A DNA stretch of 64,000 bases from a virus, in the IMG/VR virus record IMGVR_UViG_3300025401_000022, positions 16,309 to 80,308 of that record, one strand, 5' to 3'. The notes under the pieces are model-generated. The model was not told where the DNA came from, did not search any database, and was given only the letters and a program-made list of their open reading frames with translations. The position numbers and the translations under genes were made by a program. How positions within the stretch are numbered: position 1 is the stretch's first letter; each line of letters opens with the position of its first letter. Below, piece after piece: positions 18,439 to 28,355 of this stretch.

Positions 18439-19104
18439 ATGTCCGCAACATTTCAACCCTTTGGTCTGAAGCCTGCATATCACCCAAGTGGTTTAGATCG
18501 TGCAGTACCATTCGCTGGTACTAACACGTATGTCACTGGTGTTTCAGGTTACAGCGCTCCTTACAGCTTGAGCTCTGGCCAGTCTTTCTGGCAATATCAA
18601 CCTGTAGCGATCACTTCTTCTGGCCAATTGACTATCGCCAACCAAACTGCATCTTCTGGTAAAGTTTATGGCGTATTTGACGGTGTAGAGTACACCAACT
18701 CTGACGGTCGTCGTTCAGTAGCTAAGTATGCTTCTAAATTGACACTTGACGCTTCTACAAACATCGTTTTCTGGATCTTCTCAGACCCAGCAATCGTATA
18801 CGAAGCTCAAATCAATGGCTCAGCAACAGCTTCTGCCATCGGTACTGAATACAATTTCGACACAACAACTAACTACACAGTTGCAGATGGCTACGCTATC
18901 GGTAATGGTGGTGCTGGTTTCTCTACTACTGCGTTGCTTGCAACTGCTGTTGGTAGCACAAACCAAGGTCAAGTTCGCGTGGTTGGATTAGGACGTGAAG
19001 TAGCATACCCAGCTGGCAACACCAATGCTTGGGGCGATGCTTACACAATCGTTCAAGTTCAGATCTGCAACAACCAGTTCGCCGCTCCGTCGACGTCCGT
19101 TTAA
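18439..19104 (+). CDS. Putative capsid decoration/minor capsid protein
   Basis: PFGLKP N-terminus, beta-rich, directly upstream of MCP. Confidence 0.6.
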   Translation: MSATFQPFGLKPAYHPSGLDRAVPFAGTNTYVTGVSGYSAPYSLSSGQSFWQYQPVAITSSGQLTIANQTASSGKVYGVFDGVEYTNSDGRRSVAKYASKLTLDASTNIVFWIFSDPAIVYEAQINGSATASAIGTEYNFDTTTNYTVADGYAIGNGGAGFSTTALLATAVGSTNQGQVRVVGLGREVAYPAGNTNAWGDAYTIVQVQICNNQFAAPSTSV

Positions 19105-19125
19105 TTAATACGAAAGGAATAAGCA

Positions 19126-20043
19126 ATGGCAACCCCAATGCGTAGTACCGACTTTCGTGCGGTAGTCGAGCCGATTATCAACGAAGTCTTTGATGGCGTT
19201 TATGAACAACGCGACGACGAGTGGAAAGGATTTGTAGAACAGATCCAAGGTATTCCACGTAACTACCATGAAGAAGTAATGCTTTATGGCATGAACGCAG
19301 CTCCTGCAATGCCTGATGGCACTCCAGTTAGCTACGATCAAGGTGGTACTTTGTACATCACCCGTTTCATCTACCAAATCTATGGCTTGGCATACGCCTT
19401 GACCAAAGTTTTGATGGAAGACGGCGATCACATCCGTATCGGTTCAACTTTCGCTAAGCACTTGGCTCAGTCTATGATTGAAACCAAAGAAACTCTTTGC
19501 GCTAACATCCTTAACTTTGCGTTTACCGCTGGTTATGTTGGTGGCGACGGCGTTACTTTGATCAACACAGCTCACCCAATCGCTAACGGCGGTTCTTACT
19601 CTAACCAATTGTCTACTGCAGCTGCATTGAGCCAAACTTCTGTTGAACAGATGTTGATTCAAATACGTTCTGCTGTTGACAACAACGGTAAGCGTATCCG
19701 CTTGAAAGCAGAGCAGTTAGTTGTTCCTCCAGCACTCGAGTTCCAATCAGAAGTAATTCTGAAGTCAGTTCTCCGTTCTGGTACAGCTGACAACGATTTG
19801 AACCCAATCAAATCAACAGGCATGTTGCCTAAAGGTACACACGTTGTAACACGTTTGTCCTCTAGCAAAGCCTGGTGGATTCAAACTGATGCAGAAAATG
19901 GTCTCATGCTCGTTATGCGTCGTCCAATGGAGAAATCCATGGAAGGCGATTTCGAAACTGATTCTATGCGTTATAAGGCTACTGAGCGTTATGCTACAGG
20001 TTGGCACGATGCGCGTAACATTTTCGGTACAGCCGGTTTGTAA
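19126..20043 (+). CDS. Major capsid protein
   Basis: GGDGVTLINTAHP; LVVPPALE; DFETDSMRYKATERY; strong codon bias; followed by a terminator. Confidence 0.9.
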   Translation: MATPMRSTDFRAVVEPIINEVFDGVYEQRDDEWKGFVEQIQGIPRNYHEEVMLYGMNAAPAMPDGTPVSYDQGGTLYITRFIYQIYGLAYALTKVLMEDGDHIRIGSTFAKHLAQSMIETKETLCANILNFAFTAGYVGGDGVTLINTAHPIANGGSYSNQLSTAAALSQTSVEQMLIQIRSAVDNNGKRIRLKAEQLVVPPALEFQSEVILKSVLRSGTADNDLNPIKSTGMLPKGTHVVTRLSSSKAWWIQTDAENGLMLVMRRPMEKSMEGDFETDSMRYKATERYATGWHDARNIFGTAGL

Positions 20044-20063
20044 TAAACCCCCTCGTAGCACAG

Positions 20064-20090
20064 AAAAGCCACCCACAAGGTGGCTTTTTT
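20064..20090 (+). terminator. Intrinsic terminator after MCP
   Basis: AAAAGCCACC-CACAA-GGTGGCTTTTTT. Confidence 0.85.
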
Positions 20091-20098
20091 GTTTTTTG

Positions 20099-20128
20099 GG
20101 GCGCTTTGCCACAAAATAGCGTATTAGT
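20099..20128 (+). promoter_or_regulatory. Bipartite promoter GGGCG-N15-GCGTATTAGT
   Basis: GGGCG 20099-103; motif 20119-28. Confidence 0.75.
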
Positions 20129-20134
20129 AAGTAT

Positions 20135-20200
20135 AGGAAGAATCATCCCTTTCTGACCGCCGAACTTCCCGGTGAGACGACTTAGAGACAGCTAGGGATA
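20135..20200 (+). ncRNA. Candidate structured 5' leader (pseudoknot)
   Basis: ATCCCT/AGGGAT and ACCG/CGGT stems; 5' GGAAG complementary to loop CTTCC. Confidence 0.4.
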
Positions 20201-20223
20201 CCCACTAAGATAAGGAATTAAAC

Positions 20224-20793
20224 ATGTCAAGTACATTTACTGGCCCAATTCGCATTTTTAAGCGTAACAACCCAACTAACAACGGCGTAATCGCTCCAGA
20301 CAACACTGGCGCAGCTCGCTGCTCACAACAGAGCTTTATTGCTCCAATTACAGCTACCACTTCTGGTGCTGTAGTTCTACCAACTTTCGATATTGGCCAA
20401 ACAACTGCAACTCCATTCGTGTTGCCAGCTGGTGCTATTATTGAGAACATCAAGTTCTACGAAACAACTATCCCTTCAGCTTTGACTGGCGGCGTTATCA
20501 CTGTTAACTTGCTCACTACAAGCCCAACAACTGGCAACGTAACAACTACAGCTATTGGTACAATCACCCCAACAGCAACTAACGGCGGTGTTATTTCTAT
20601 CGCTTTTGCTACAACAGCAGCTGCTACAGCTTTGTTGGCAAACATCGGTACTTTGGATGCAACATTGCAATTTAGCCAAGCTACTATCAGTGCTTTGACT
20701 GGTACTTTGGCTGGCACATTTACTGCTGAATACACAGCTCGCAACGTTGATGGTTCTACAACTGCTTACGGTTCTGGCTACACCAATAATTAA
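20224..20793 (+). CDS. Virion structural protein
   Basis: MSSTFTGP start; T/A/G-rich beta protein after MCP. Confidence 0.7.
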   Translation: MSSTFTGPIRIFKRNNPTNNGVIAPDNTGAARCSQQSFIAPITATTSGAVVLPTFDIGQTTATPFVLPAGAIIENIKFYETTIPSALTGGVITVNLLTTSPTTGNVTTTAIGTITPTATNGGVISIAFATTAAATALLANIGTLDATLQFSQATISALTGTLAGTFTAEYTARNVDGSTTAYGSGYTNN

Positions 20794-20841
20794 TTGCCTA
20801 GGGGGCTAGTCCCCCTACTTTAACATTTAAGGAAATTAATT

Positions 20842-21642
20842 ATGTCAAATTTAGTAACAAACTTACAAAATATTCCAGCGGCAGTTGAATCTGTTACCAA
20901 AGTTGGTCGTACAGAACCATTTGATTTACAAGTTTCTCGCGGTCAAATCATGGGTCACTCCTTGGTCAACATTAATGGCTACAATGCAGCAGTGGCAGGC
21001 ACATCAATTCCATTATGGGAAAATGCAACAGCATATACTTTCCCTAGTACTGCTTTAACTATGACTGTTGCAAGCTCATCTACAAGTGATGTAAGTCCCG
21101 CAAAAGTAACTATTAACGGTCTTGATGCCAACTACAACCAATTAACTGAAGTAGTATCTCTAAACGGCACAACCGGCGTAACCACAGTTAACCAATTTTT
21201 ACGAATTAACAGCATTGTTATGACTGCAGTAGCTTCTGGTCAAACTAGCAATGCAGGCACAATTACCGTAAAAAATGGAAGCACAACTTATGCGCAGATT
21301 AATCCTGGTTTAGGTCGTAGCCAAATGACAGTGTACACTGTCCCGAATGGATACACATTTTACCTTAACCGTATTAATGCTTGGTCTGGTAGTAGCTTGT
21401 CTAGCAACGTATACATTTTTTACAATCTGACTAATACCACAAACGGCATCAATATTTCTACCGCACAAATTAGTTTCACATTGTTTATGGATGTACACCG
21501 TTATGCGCCAAATGTGTTTCAACAAAAAGCCGATTTGACTTTTGCTTTTTCAACAAGCGATAGTTCTTCTCAGCACGTTGCAGCATATATTGAAGGATTT
21601 TTGGTTCAAAACGACGGTCAAGCGTTAGCATCAGCAATCTAA
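20842..21642 (+). CDS. Virion structural protein
   Basis: LQVSRGQI..VTINGLDANYN..LNGTT..FLRIN. Confidence 0.65.
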   Translation: MSNLVTNLQNIPAAVESVTKVGRTEPFDLQVSRGQIMGHSLVNINGYNAAVAGTSIPLWENATAYTFPSTALTMTVASSSTSDVSPAKVTINGLDANYNQLTEVVSLNGTTGVTTVNQFLRINSIVMTAVASGQTSNAGTITVKNGSTTYAQINPGLGRSQMTVYTVPNGYTFYLNRINAWSGSSLSSNVYIFYNLTNTTNGINISTAQISFTLFMDVHRYAPNVFQQKADLTFAFSTSDSSSQHVAAYIEGFLVQNDGQALASAI

Positions 21643-21651
21643 GGCGTTTAA

Positions 21652-22278
21652 ATGCCTGTCTACCTTGACACCCGTGGTAACTCTGTCCTATCTGTAGCGG
21701 TCTGTGACCGCTGCAATAGGAAGTTTGCCTATACAGAGCTTATGCCCGACCCCAACTTTCCGGGGATGCGGGTGTGTAAGGACGACCTAGATAACTTTGA
21801 CCCATGGCGATTACCAGCACTTCAGACCGAAAACATTGCATTACGTTTTCCGCGCCCAGACGTGGATATTGCTACAGGTCCAATTGGTGGCAATCAAATT
21901 ATGACCGAAAATGGTTTCCAAAATGATAACTCTATTTTCATTGAGGGAACTAACGGCACATACGCAAATGGTACTGGCGATTTAAACAAGAACAGCAACG
22001 TTGTTCCTTCGCCTTCAGTACTCAATCCCTATGTCTACACAGTGTCACCAAATACAGGTTCCCGTACAGGCGGAACTTTTGTGGTCATCACTGGAGCTAA
22101 TTTTACAGATGTTAACACCGTACGTTTTGGCGGTGTGGTGGCATCATTCGAGTTAATCAACTCCACACAAATCAATGCGTTTACGCCAGCTTACCCAGTA
22201 ACCGGTTTGGTAGACGTTTCAGTAATATCCCCTTTTGGCACAGGCACCTCGCATGGTGCGTTTACCTATACTACATAA
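21652..22278 (+). CDS. CxxC protein with C-terminal IPT/TIG (Ig-like) domain
   Basis: VCDRC...VC; VSPNTGSRTGGTFVVITGANFT..VRFGG. Confidence 0.75.
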   Translation: MPVYLDTRGNSVLSVAVCDRCNRKFAYTELMPDPNFPGMRVCKDDLDNFDPWRLPALQTENIALRFPRPDVDIATGPIGGNQIMTENGFQNDNSIFIEGTNGTYANGTGDLNKNSNVVPSPSVLNPYVYTVSPNTGSRTGGTFVVITGANFTDVNTVRFGGVVASFELINSTQINAFTPAYPVTGLVDVSVISPFGTGTSHGAFTYTT

Positions 22279-22281
22279 TAC

Positions 22282-25200
22282 ATGGCCGATCAGTCGATAA
22301 CCCAGCTACCCATCGCCACCGCGCTAACCGGTGATGAGCAGGTACCTGTCGTACAACGTGGTGTAACAAAACAGGCGTCTGTTTCACAGATCGCCAACGC
22401 TGCCTCGCCCGGCAAATTAATTACTAATATTATTTACAACCCAACAAACGGTGACCTCGTTATTTATTACAGCGATGGTTCAACTGAGGTTGTTGGTCCG
22501 GTCTCTGGCTCATCTGGTTATAGTGGTTTGTCAGGATACAGTGGTATTTCTGGCTATAGTGGTATTTCTGGCTATAGTGGCATTTCTGGCTATAGCGGTA
22601 AATCTGGCTTTAGTGGTATTTCAGGTTTTAGTGGCTACTCTGGCAGCGGAGTGTCAGGCTATAGCGGAAGCGGTATATCTGGATATAGTGGCTATTCTGG
22701 TATATCTGGATATAGCGGTATCAGCGGATATAGTAGTTTTTCTGGATATAGCGGTGTCAGCGGATATAGTGGGTATTCTGGTATATCTGGTTTGTCCGGA
22801 ATAAGTGGATACAGTGGCACATCTGGTTGGTCCGGAATAAGTGGCTACAGTGGTACATCTGGTTGGTCTGGTACTTCTGGTTATAGCGGGTATAGTGGAT
22901 ATAGCGGCATATCTGGCTGGTCAGGAATTTCTGGTTATAGCGGCTATAGCGGCACATCTGGTTGGTCTGGTTTTAGCGGTTTTAGCGGCTATAGTGGCAT
23001 ATCTGGACAGCAGGGTACCTCAATTAATATTAAAGGTACTGTTGCCACACCAGCAGATTTACCCCCTACAGGTAACCAAGTAAATGACGCATATATTGTT
23101 AGCTCTAATGGTGACTTATATGTTTGGTCTGGAACCTCTTGGAACAACGTAGGAGAGATTGTAGGACCACCAGGAACCTCGGGGTACTCCGGGTATTCTG
23201 GTATTGGAACGTCTGGTTATAGTGGCTATTCTGGCTATTCTGGCGTATCTGGCTGGTCTGGTATTTCAGGCTGGTCTGGATATAGTGGTTATAGTGGTGC
23301 GTCAGGTATATCTGGGTACAGTGGTACATCTGGCTATTCTGGTACCTCTGGCTACTCTGGTACATCTGGTTACTCTGGCTATTCTGGTACGTCTGGATAT
23401 AGCGGTACATCTGGCTATTCTGGCTATTCTGGCGTATCTGGCTGGTCTGGTATTTCAGGCTGGTCTGGATATAGTGGTTATAGTGGTGCGTCAGGTATAT
23501 CTGGGTATAGTAGTTTTTCTGGCTATAGCGGCATATCTGGCTATAGTGGGGCAATTGGCCCTAGTGGTTATTCTGGTGTATCTGGCTACTCTGGTATCTC
23601 CGGTTATTCTGGTGTCTCCGGTTACTCAGGCTACTCTGGTTATTCTGGCATCCAAGCACCTATTGGTGGCACTAACACACAGATTCAGTACAACAATGCT
23701 GGTGTATTAGGCGGTGTTCCATTGCTAACCTACAACGGCACAACACTAGCCATGACTGGCTCAACAATCGACAGCGCCACCATTGGTGGAACTACCCCAG
23801 CCGCTGGTACATTTACTACTTTAGGCTCAACTAGTACAGCTTCATTAGGCACAGCTTCAACTACTTATGTTCAAGTTATTGGTGATGCTTCTTATCCCGG
23901 CATTTACGCTACTGGCGGTACAAATACTCCATTAGTTTTACAACCTTTAGGAACAGGCGCATTACAAGCACAAAAGACTACTTCATCAGCAACAGGCGGT
24001 AACGCTAGGGGTGCTAATGCGGTTGATTGGCAGACTTTAAGAAATATAGCGGCACAAGTAGCAGCACAAACTTCATCTGTAATTGCTGGAGGCCAAAATA
24101 ATGGTGTGAATGGCTCATCGGGAACTGTTTCTGGCGGCTCTGGTAATCAAGTTAGCGGAGCATTTTCAACCATCGCTGGCGGATATTCAAATTCACTATA
24201 TGGACAAACTTCTGTTATTGTTGGTGGACATTTAAATGGCACAACTACTCAAACTGGTTTTTTAAACTTTATTGGTGGTGGTGAATTAAATACAGGTACA
24301 TTGATTGCCGCAGTAACCACTCAAGCTACTTCTACAATTACAAGTGGCTCTACAGCAGTAACATTAAGCGCAACAAATGCCGCAATTAAAGTAGGTCAAT
24401 TAGTAACTGGTACACCAATTCAATCTGGTACTGGTTCTTTACCTTATACTTATGTTGCAGCTATTTCAGGCACATCATTAACATTAAGCCAAAATGCTAC
24501 ATCTTCAACCAACGCTACTTTGTCTTTTTACACTCCTCATGGTGTAGTAGTCGGTGGTGGTAATAACCAAGCAACAGGAGCATATAGCTTTATCGGTGGC
24601 GGTGGTGATGCTGGTACAGCGGCTAATCGAAATGTGGCAAGTGGTGATTATGCTACTGTAGTTGGTGGTAAAGCAAACCAAGCAACAGGTGAGTCAGCGT
24701 TTGTTGGTGGCGGTGGAAGCATTTCTGGAACAGTTTATATTAATACAGCGAGTGGTGCGGCTTCTTCTATTGTTGGAGGATTACAAAATACCGCAAATCA
24801 AATTGGTGCTTTTGTTGGTGGTGGATTTAATAATCTAGCAAATGGCGTATACTCATCCATAATGGGTGGTACTTATGGTTCTGCTAGAAGTATTGTAGGA
24901 AATATGGTTTTCCCAGCTACTCGACAACCTTTCGGAGCTGGCGCATCAGCAGTTGCACAATCTGCTTTACTAGTTCTTGGTCGTCAAACCACAGATGCAA
25001 CAGCCACAGTTCTTTGTTCAGACTCTAATGCCGCATCAGGAACAAACCAAGTAATCCTACCCAACAACTCTGCTTATTACTTTAAAGTCAGAGTTATTGC
25101 TGGTGTAACTGGCGCAGGAAACACAAAGGCTTGGACACTAGAAGGTGCTATTAAGCGTGGTGCTGGTGTAGGTACAACTGCTATAGTCGGTACAGTAACA

Positions 25201-25356
25201 ACGACTGTAGTAGCGGCAGATGTAGGCGCAGCAACTTGGACAGTAACCGCCACAGCAGATACAACTAATGGTGGATTAGCAATAACAGTAACAGGACAGG
25301 CTTCTACAACAATTCGTTGGGTTGCCAAAGCCGAAACCGCAGAGATGACATTCTAA
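22282..25356 (+). CDS. Tail fibre with (Ser-Gly-X)n triplet tracts and beta-roll-like GG repeats
   Basis: ITQLP..LTGDE N-terminus; two long SGY/SGI/SGW/SGT/SGF tracts; later (I/V)GGGxxN repeats. Confidence 0.8.
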   Translation: MADQSITQLPIATALTGDEQVPVVQRGVTKQASVSQIANAASPGKLITNIIYNPTNGDLVIYYSDGSTEVVGPVSGSSGYSGLSGYSGISGYSGISGYSGISGYSGKSGFSGISGFSGYSGSGVSGYSGSGISGYSGYSGISGYSGISGYSSFSGYSGVSGYSGYSGISGLSGISGYSGTSGWSGISGYSGTSGWSGTSGYSGYSGYSGISGWSGISGYSGYSGTSGWSGFSGFSGYSGISGQQGTSINIKGTVATPADLPPTGNQVNDAYIVSSNGDLYVWSGTSWNNVGEIVGPPGTSGYSGYSGIGTSGYSGYSGYSGVSGWSGISGWSGYSGYSGASGISGYSGTSGYSGTSGYSGTSGYSGYSGTSGYSGTSGYSGYSGVSGWSGISGWSGYSGYSGASGISGYSSFSGYSGISGYSGAIGPSGYSGVSGYSGISGYSGVSGYSGYSGYSGIQAPIGGTNTQIQYNNAGVLGGVPLLTYNGTTLAMTGSTIDSATIGGTTPAAGTFTTLGSTSTASLGTASTTYVQVIGDASYPGIYATGGTNTPLVLQPLGTGALQAQKTTSSATGGNARGANAVDWQTLRNIAAQVAAQTSSVIAGGQNNGVNGSSGTVSGGSGNQVSGAFSTIAGGYSNSLYGQTSVIVGGHLNGTTTQTGFLNFIGGGELNTGTLIAAVTTQATSTITSGSTAVTLSATNAAIKVGQLVTGTPIQSGTGSLPYTYVAAISGTSLTLSQNATSSTNATLSFYTPHGVVVGGGNNQATGAYSFIGGGGDAGTAANRNVASGDYATVVGGKANQATGESAFVGGGGSISGTVYINTASGAASSIVGGLQNTANQIGAFVGGGFNNLANGVYSSIMGGTYGSARSIVGNMVFPATRQPFGAGASAVAQSALLVLGRQTTDATATVLCSDSNAASGTNQVILPNNSAYYFKVRVIAGVTGAGNTKAWTLEGAIKRGAGVGTTAIVGTVTTTVVAADVGAATWTVTATADTTNGGLAITVTGQASTTIRWVAKAETAEMTF
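23224..23507 (+). repeat. Internal ~95-bp duplication in the SGX tract (23224-23318 and 23413-23507)
   Basis: Near-identical DNA 189 bp apart. Confidence 0.7.
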
Positions 25357-25368
25357 AAAGGAAAAATC

Positions 25369-25635
25369 ATGGCATTACGTTTATCCGTTTCAACACAATT
25401 TGGCGTACCAGCACCAGAAGCCTACGCCCGCATCACTAACTTCTACGGCACTAAAGACCAATTACAAGTCCAAGTAGCTATTTACTACAACGAAGATGCA
25501 AGACATCAAAATATGAGTACAGTTAAAGAAAATGCTCACTACATTGCTATGGAAGATTTAAAGGGCGATTTAATTCCAGCAATTTATGAAGTATTAAAGA
25601 GTTTTGCTGATTATCAAGGCGCAGTAGACGCTTAA
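25369..25635 (+). CDS. Putative fibre-associated chaperone
   Basis: Small gene directly after the fibre. Confidence 0.55.
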   Translation: MALRLSVSTQFGVPAPEAYARITNFYGTKDQLQVQVAIYYNEDARHQNMSTVKENAHYIAMEDLKGDLIPAIYEVLKSFADYQGAVDA

Positions 25636-25659
25636 TTTAGGACAGTTTTTAACTTTTTT

Positions 25660-25669
25660 GCGTATTAGT
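25660..25669 (+). promoter_or_regulatory. Phage promoter motif upstream of the glycosyltransferases
   Basis: Exact motif preceded by a T run. Confidence 0.7.
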
Positions 25670-25742
25670 GGTAGTAGATTAAGGTTTTTTTTTTGCATAA
25701 GTAGTATTATAATAGAGGTTCGTATGAACCTAATAGGAAACC

Positions 25743-26960
25743 ATGAAATACAGCATAGTAATACCCACATATAACAACTGTGAGAAGTACCTAAAGCCGT
25801 GCATTGACTCAATTATTAAGCACACCGACATGGCCCAAGTAGAGCTGATTATCAGCGCCAACGGGTGTACAGACAACACCAGAGCCTATTTAGACTACTT
25901 AGAGACCGCAGTACCGAACCTGTACGTGGTGTGGAACCAAGAGCCACTGGGGTTTGCCAAGGCTACAAACAAGGGCATCCGTGTGGCTAGGGGCGACAAG
26001 ATTGTCCTGCTAAATAACGACACAGTCGTGCTAGATAGTAGCTGGTTAGAGCGCCTAGATCAGGGCGACATTGGGGCGGTACTGACGCAGCACTCAGACA
26101 TCACCCGCAGCCGTTTTGGCGTGTTCTTCTGCGTGATGATCGACCCGAAGGTGTTTCAGACCATTGGCTTTTTGAACGAAGATTATGCCACTGGGGGCTG
26201 TGAGGACATTGAGTTTTGCCATAAGGCACAGCTGAGTGGCTTTAATGTTGTGGACGTTGGATACAGGGGAGACTTCCCAATCTACCACGCAGCAGAGGGC
26301 ACGATGCACGACCCGCAGCTGGTACAGGACTGGGACAACACGTTCCTACTTAACCAGCTCAAGCTGGCAAAGGAGTACAACCTAGACTGGTACCGCTGGC
26401 GTCTGTCAAACAACTACGAGCGGGCTGTGTTCCTCAAGGACGATCTGGTTTTTCCCCGTGAAAAGCAAAGATACGAATTTGCAGGGAAAAACATACTGCC
26501 AGGCTCTGTGCTCGAGATTGGCTGCTCTACTGGATACGGCTACCAGTTTTTAAACACGCAGGCCTATATGGGGCTGGACTACGACCCCATTATTGTAAAC
26601 GTAGCCAAGGAACAAGAGTGGTCTGATAACGCCACGTTTTACCAAGCCGACATCAACGCCTATGATCTTGGTACGTACACCAACATCATTGCGTTTGAGG
26701 TAGTTGAGCACCTTGACAACGGCTTAGAGGTTGTTGAAAAGCTAAAGCAGCACTGCAAGCGCCTACTAATTACGGTGCCACATAACGAGCCAAAGGGCTT
26801 TTGGGGCGAGCACCACAAGTTGCATGGTTTAACAGAAAAAGATTTTCCTGGATTTACGTTTGCGTACATCAGCCACGACGGAACAATTTCGGACAGAATG
26901 CAGGCAGTAAACGCCGCCAATCCGAGCAACCTGATGATTTGCAGGTGGGACAATGAGTAG
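25743..26960 (+). CDS. GT2 glycosyltransferase fused to a class I SAM methyltransferase
   Basis: YSIVIPTYN, LGFAKATNKG, LLNNDT, GGCEDIEF; C-terminal VLEIGCSTGYG, GLD, FEVVEHL. Confidence 0.9.
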   Translation: MKYSIVIPTYNNCEKYLKPCIDSIIKHTDMAQVELIISANGCTDNTRAYLDYLETAVPNLYVVWNQEPLGFAKATNKGIRVARGDKIVLLNNDTVVLDSSWLERLDQGDIGAVLTQHSDITRSRFGVFFCVMIDPKVFQTIGFLNEDYATGGCEDIEFCHKAQLSGFNVVDVGYRGDFPIYHAAEGTMHDPQLVQDWDNTFLLNQLKLAKEYNLDWYRWRLSNNYERAVFLKDDLVFPREKQRYEFAGKNILPGSVLEIGCSTGYGYQFLNTQAYMGLDYDPIIVNVAKEQEWSDNATFYQADINAYDLGTYTNIIAFEVVEHLDNGLEVVEKLKQHCKRLLITVPHNEPKGFWGEHHKLHGLTEKDFPGFTFAYISHDGTISDRMQAVNAANPSNLMICRWDNE

Positions 26961-27921
26961 TATCCTGTGCTCTGTAGCGACCCGTGGCAGGTACCACACC
27001 ACGCTGCCTCTCGTACTAAACGCCATCATCAACCAGACCAGGCTGCCAGATAAGCTAGTCATCTTCGATGATAATGATAAGCCGCAGGACATGCGGAAAG
27101 AGATGATTTACCAATATTTCTTTGAGATGCTAAAGCACAAAGGTATTGAGTGGGAATGGCGATATGCAACCCGTAGGGGTCAGCATCATATTCATCAAAG
27201 CGCTAACAACGAAGGTTTTGAATGGGTGTGGCGCGTTGATGATGACGCGGTGCCAGAACCTAATGTACTAAAAGAATTGTATAGATTTACTTCCCCCATT
27301 GTTGGAGCAGTTGGCGGTCAAGTGTTAACTCCACCGTATTCGCCAGATACAAATAACATAACTGGCAAAATTGATAACATTGACTCCGAACCAAATGTGC
27401 AATGGGGTAAGTTTAATATAGCAAGAGAAGTTGAACACTTACACTGTACTTTTTTATATCGTGCTGGGGTTGTTGATTATAATCTTGGTCTTTCACGGGT
27501 AGCACATAGGGAAGAAACTTTATTTACCTATGGTCTACATAAAAAAGGCTATATACTTTGGGCAATACCAAACGCAGTAACTTGGCACATGAAGAATCCT
27601 CAAGGTGGGATTCGTAGCGAAACAAAGAAGGAGATGTATGACCATGATGAACAGATTTTTAGAAATATTCTTGGACACCGTGATCGTACCATTGTGGTTC
27701 TCAATTGTGGTCTCGGTGACCATATTGTATTCAGCCGCATACTTCCTTCAATACCTAACGCTGAAGTTTTTAGCTGTTACCCTGAAGTGGTTCCCGGGAA
27801 GTCAATAGCTCAGGCAATACAGTTATTTGGTGACATTGACCATTGGAACGTCTACAAAAAGATGGATCAGTGGAAATGGAAAGATAGTTTAGAAGCTGCG
27901 TATAGAAAGATGTATTTATGA
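26953..27921 (+). CDS. GT2/GT-A glycosyltransferase with C-terminal GT9-like N-fragment
   Basis: WVWRVDDD; HREET; C-terminal GLGDHI. Confidence 0.8.
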   Translation: MSSILCSVATRGRYHTTLPLVLNAIINQTRLPDKLVIFDDNDKPQDMRKEMIYQYFFEMLKHKGIEWEWRYATRRGQHHIHQSANNEGFEWVWRVDDDAVPEPNVLKELYRFTSPIVGAVGGQVLTPPYSPDTNNITGKIDNIDSEPNVQWGKFNIAREVEHLHCTFLYRAGVVDYNLGLSRVAHREETLFTYGLHKKGYILWAIPNAVTWHMKNPQGGIRSETKKEMYDHDEQIFRNILGHRDRTIVVLNCGLGDHIVFSRILPSIPNAEVFSCYPEVVPGKSIAQAIQLFGDIDHWNVYKKMDQWKWKDSLEAAYRKMYL

Positions 27922-28352
27922 TCATCATATCGCCATACGCACAAAAGCTCAGAACCGGAGCTTTAAACCCAAAAAACTATCCGTATTGGAAAGAGCTCAT
28001 TGAGCAAATCAACGAGCCAATAGTTCAGATTGGAGTTGAGGGTGAAGAGCAATTAGTACCAGACTTTAGAAAGAACCTACCAATTGCATCATTGCGTGAA
28101 CTGTTATGGCAGTGCCGCACTTGGATTGGAATTGATAGTTTCTTTCAACATCTTGCATGGGATGAGGGTGTGCCAGGAATAGTGTTATGGGGTCCGTCTG
28201 ATCCACTAATATTTGGGCATCCAGAAAACATTAATCTACTAAAAGACCGATCACATTTAGTAGCAAACCAGTTTATATGGTGGGAAGCCACCGAACATAG
28301 TAATGATCGCTTTGTAAAACCACAAGAAATATTAGAGTATCTAAAGGAATAA
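27918..28352 (+). CDS. GT9-like (heptosyltransferase-type) C-terminal domain protein
   Basis: KNYPYW..IVQIG..WIGIDSFFQHLA..GIVLWGPSDP. Confidence 0.75.
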   Translation: MIIISPYAQKLRTGALNPKNYPYWKELIEQINEPIVQIGVEGEEQLVPDFRKNLPIASLRELLWQCRTWIGIDSFFQHLAWDEGVPGIVLWGPSDPLIFGHPENINLLKDRSHLVANQFIWWEATEHSNDRFVKPQEILEYLKE

Positions 28353-28355
28353 ACC

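Noticed and set aside
20799-20820. Terminator after 20224-20793
   Set aside because: The hairpin TAGGGGG/CCCCCTA is real but the U-tract is weak, so it was not called
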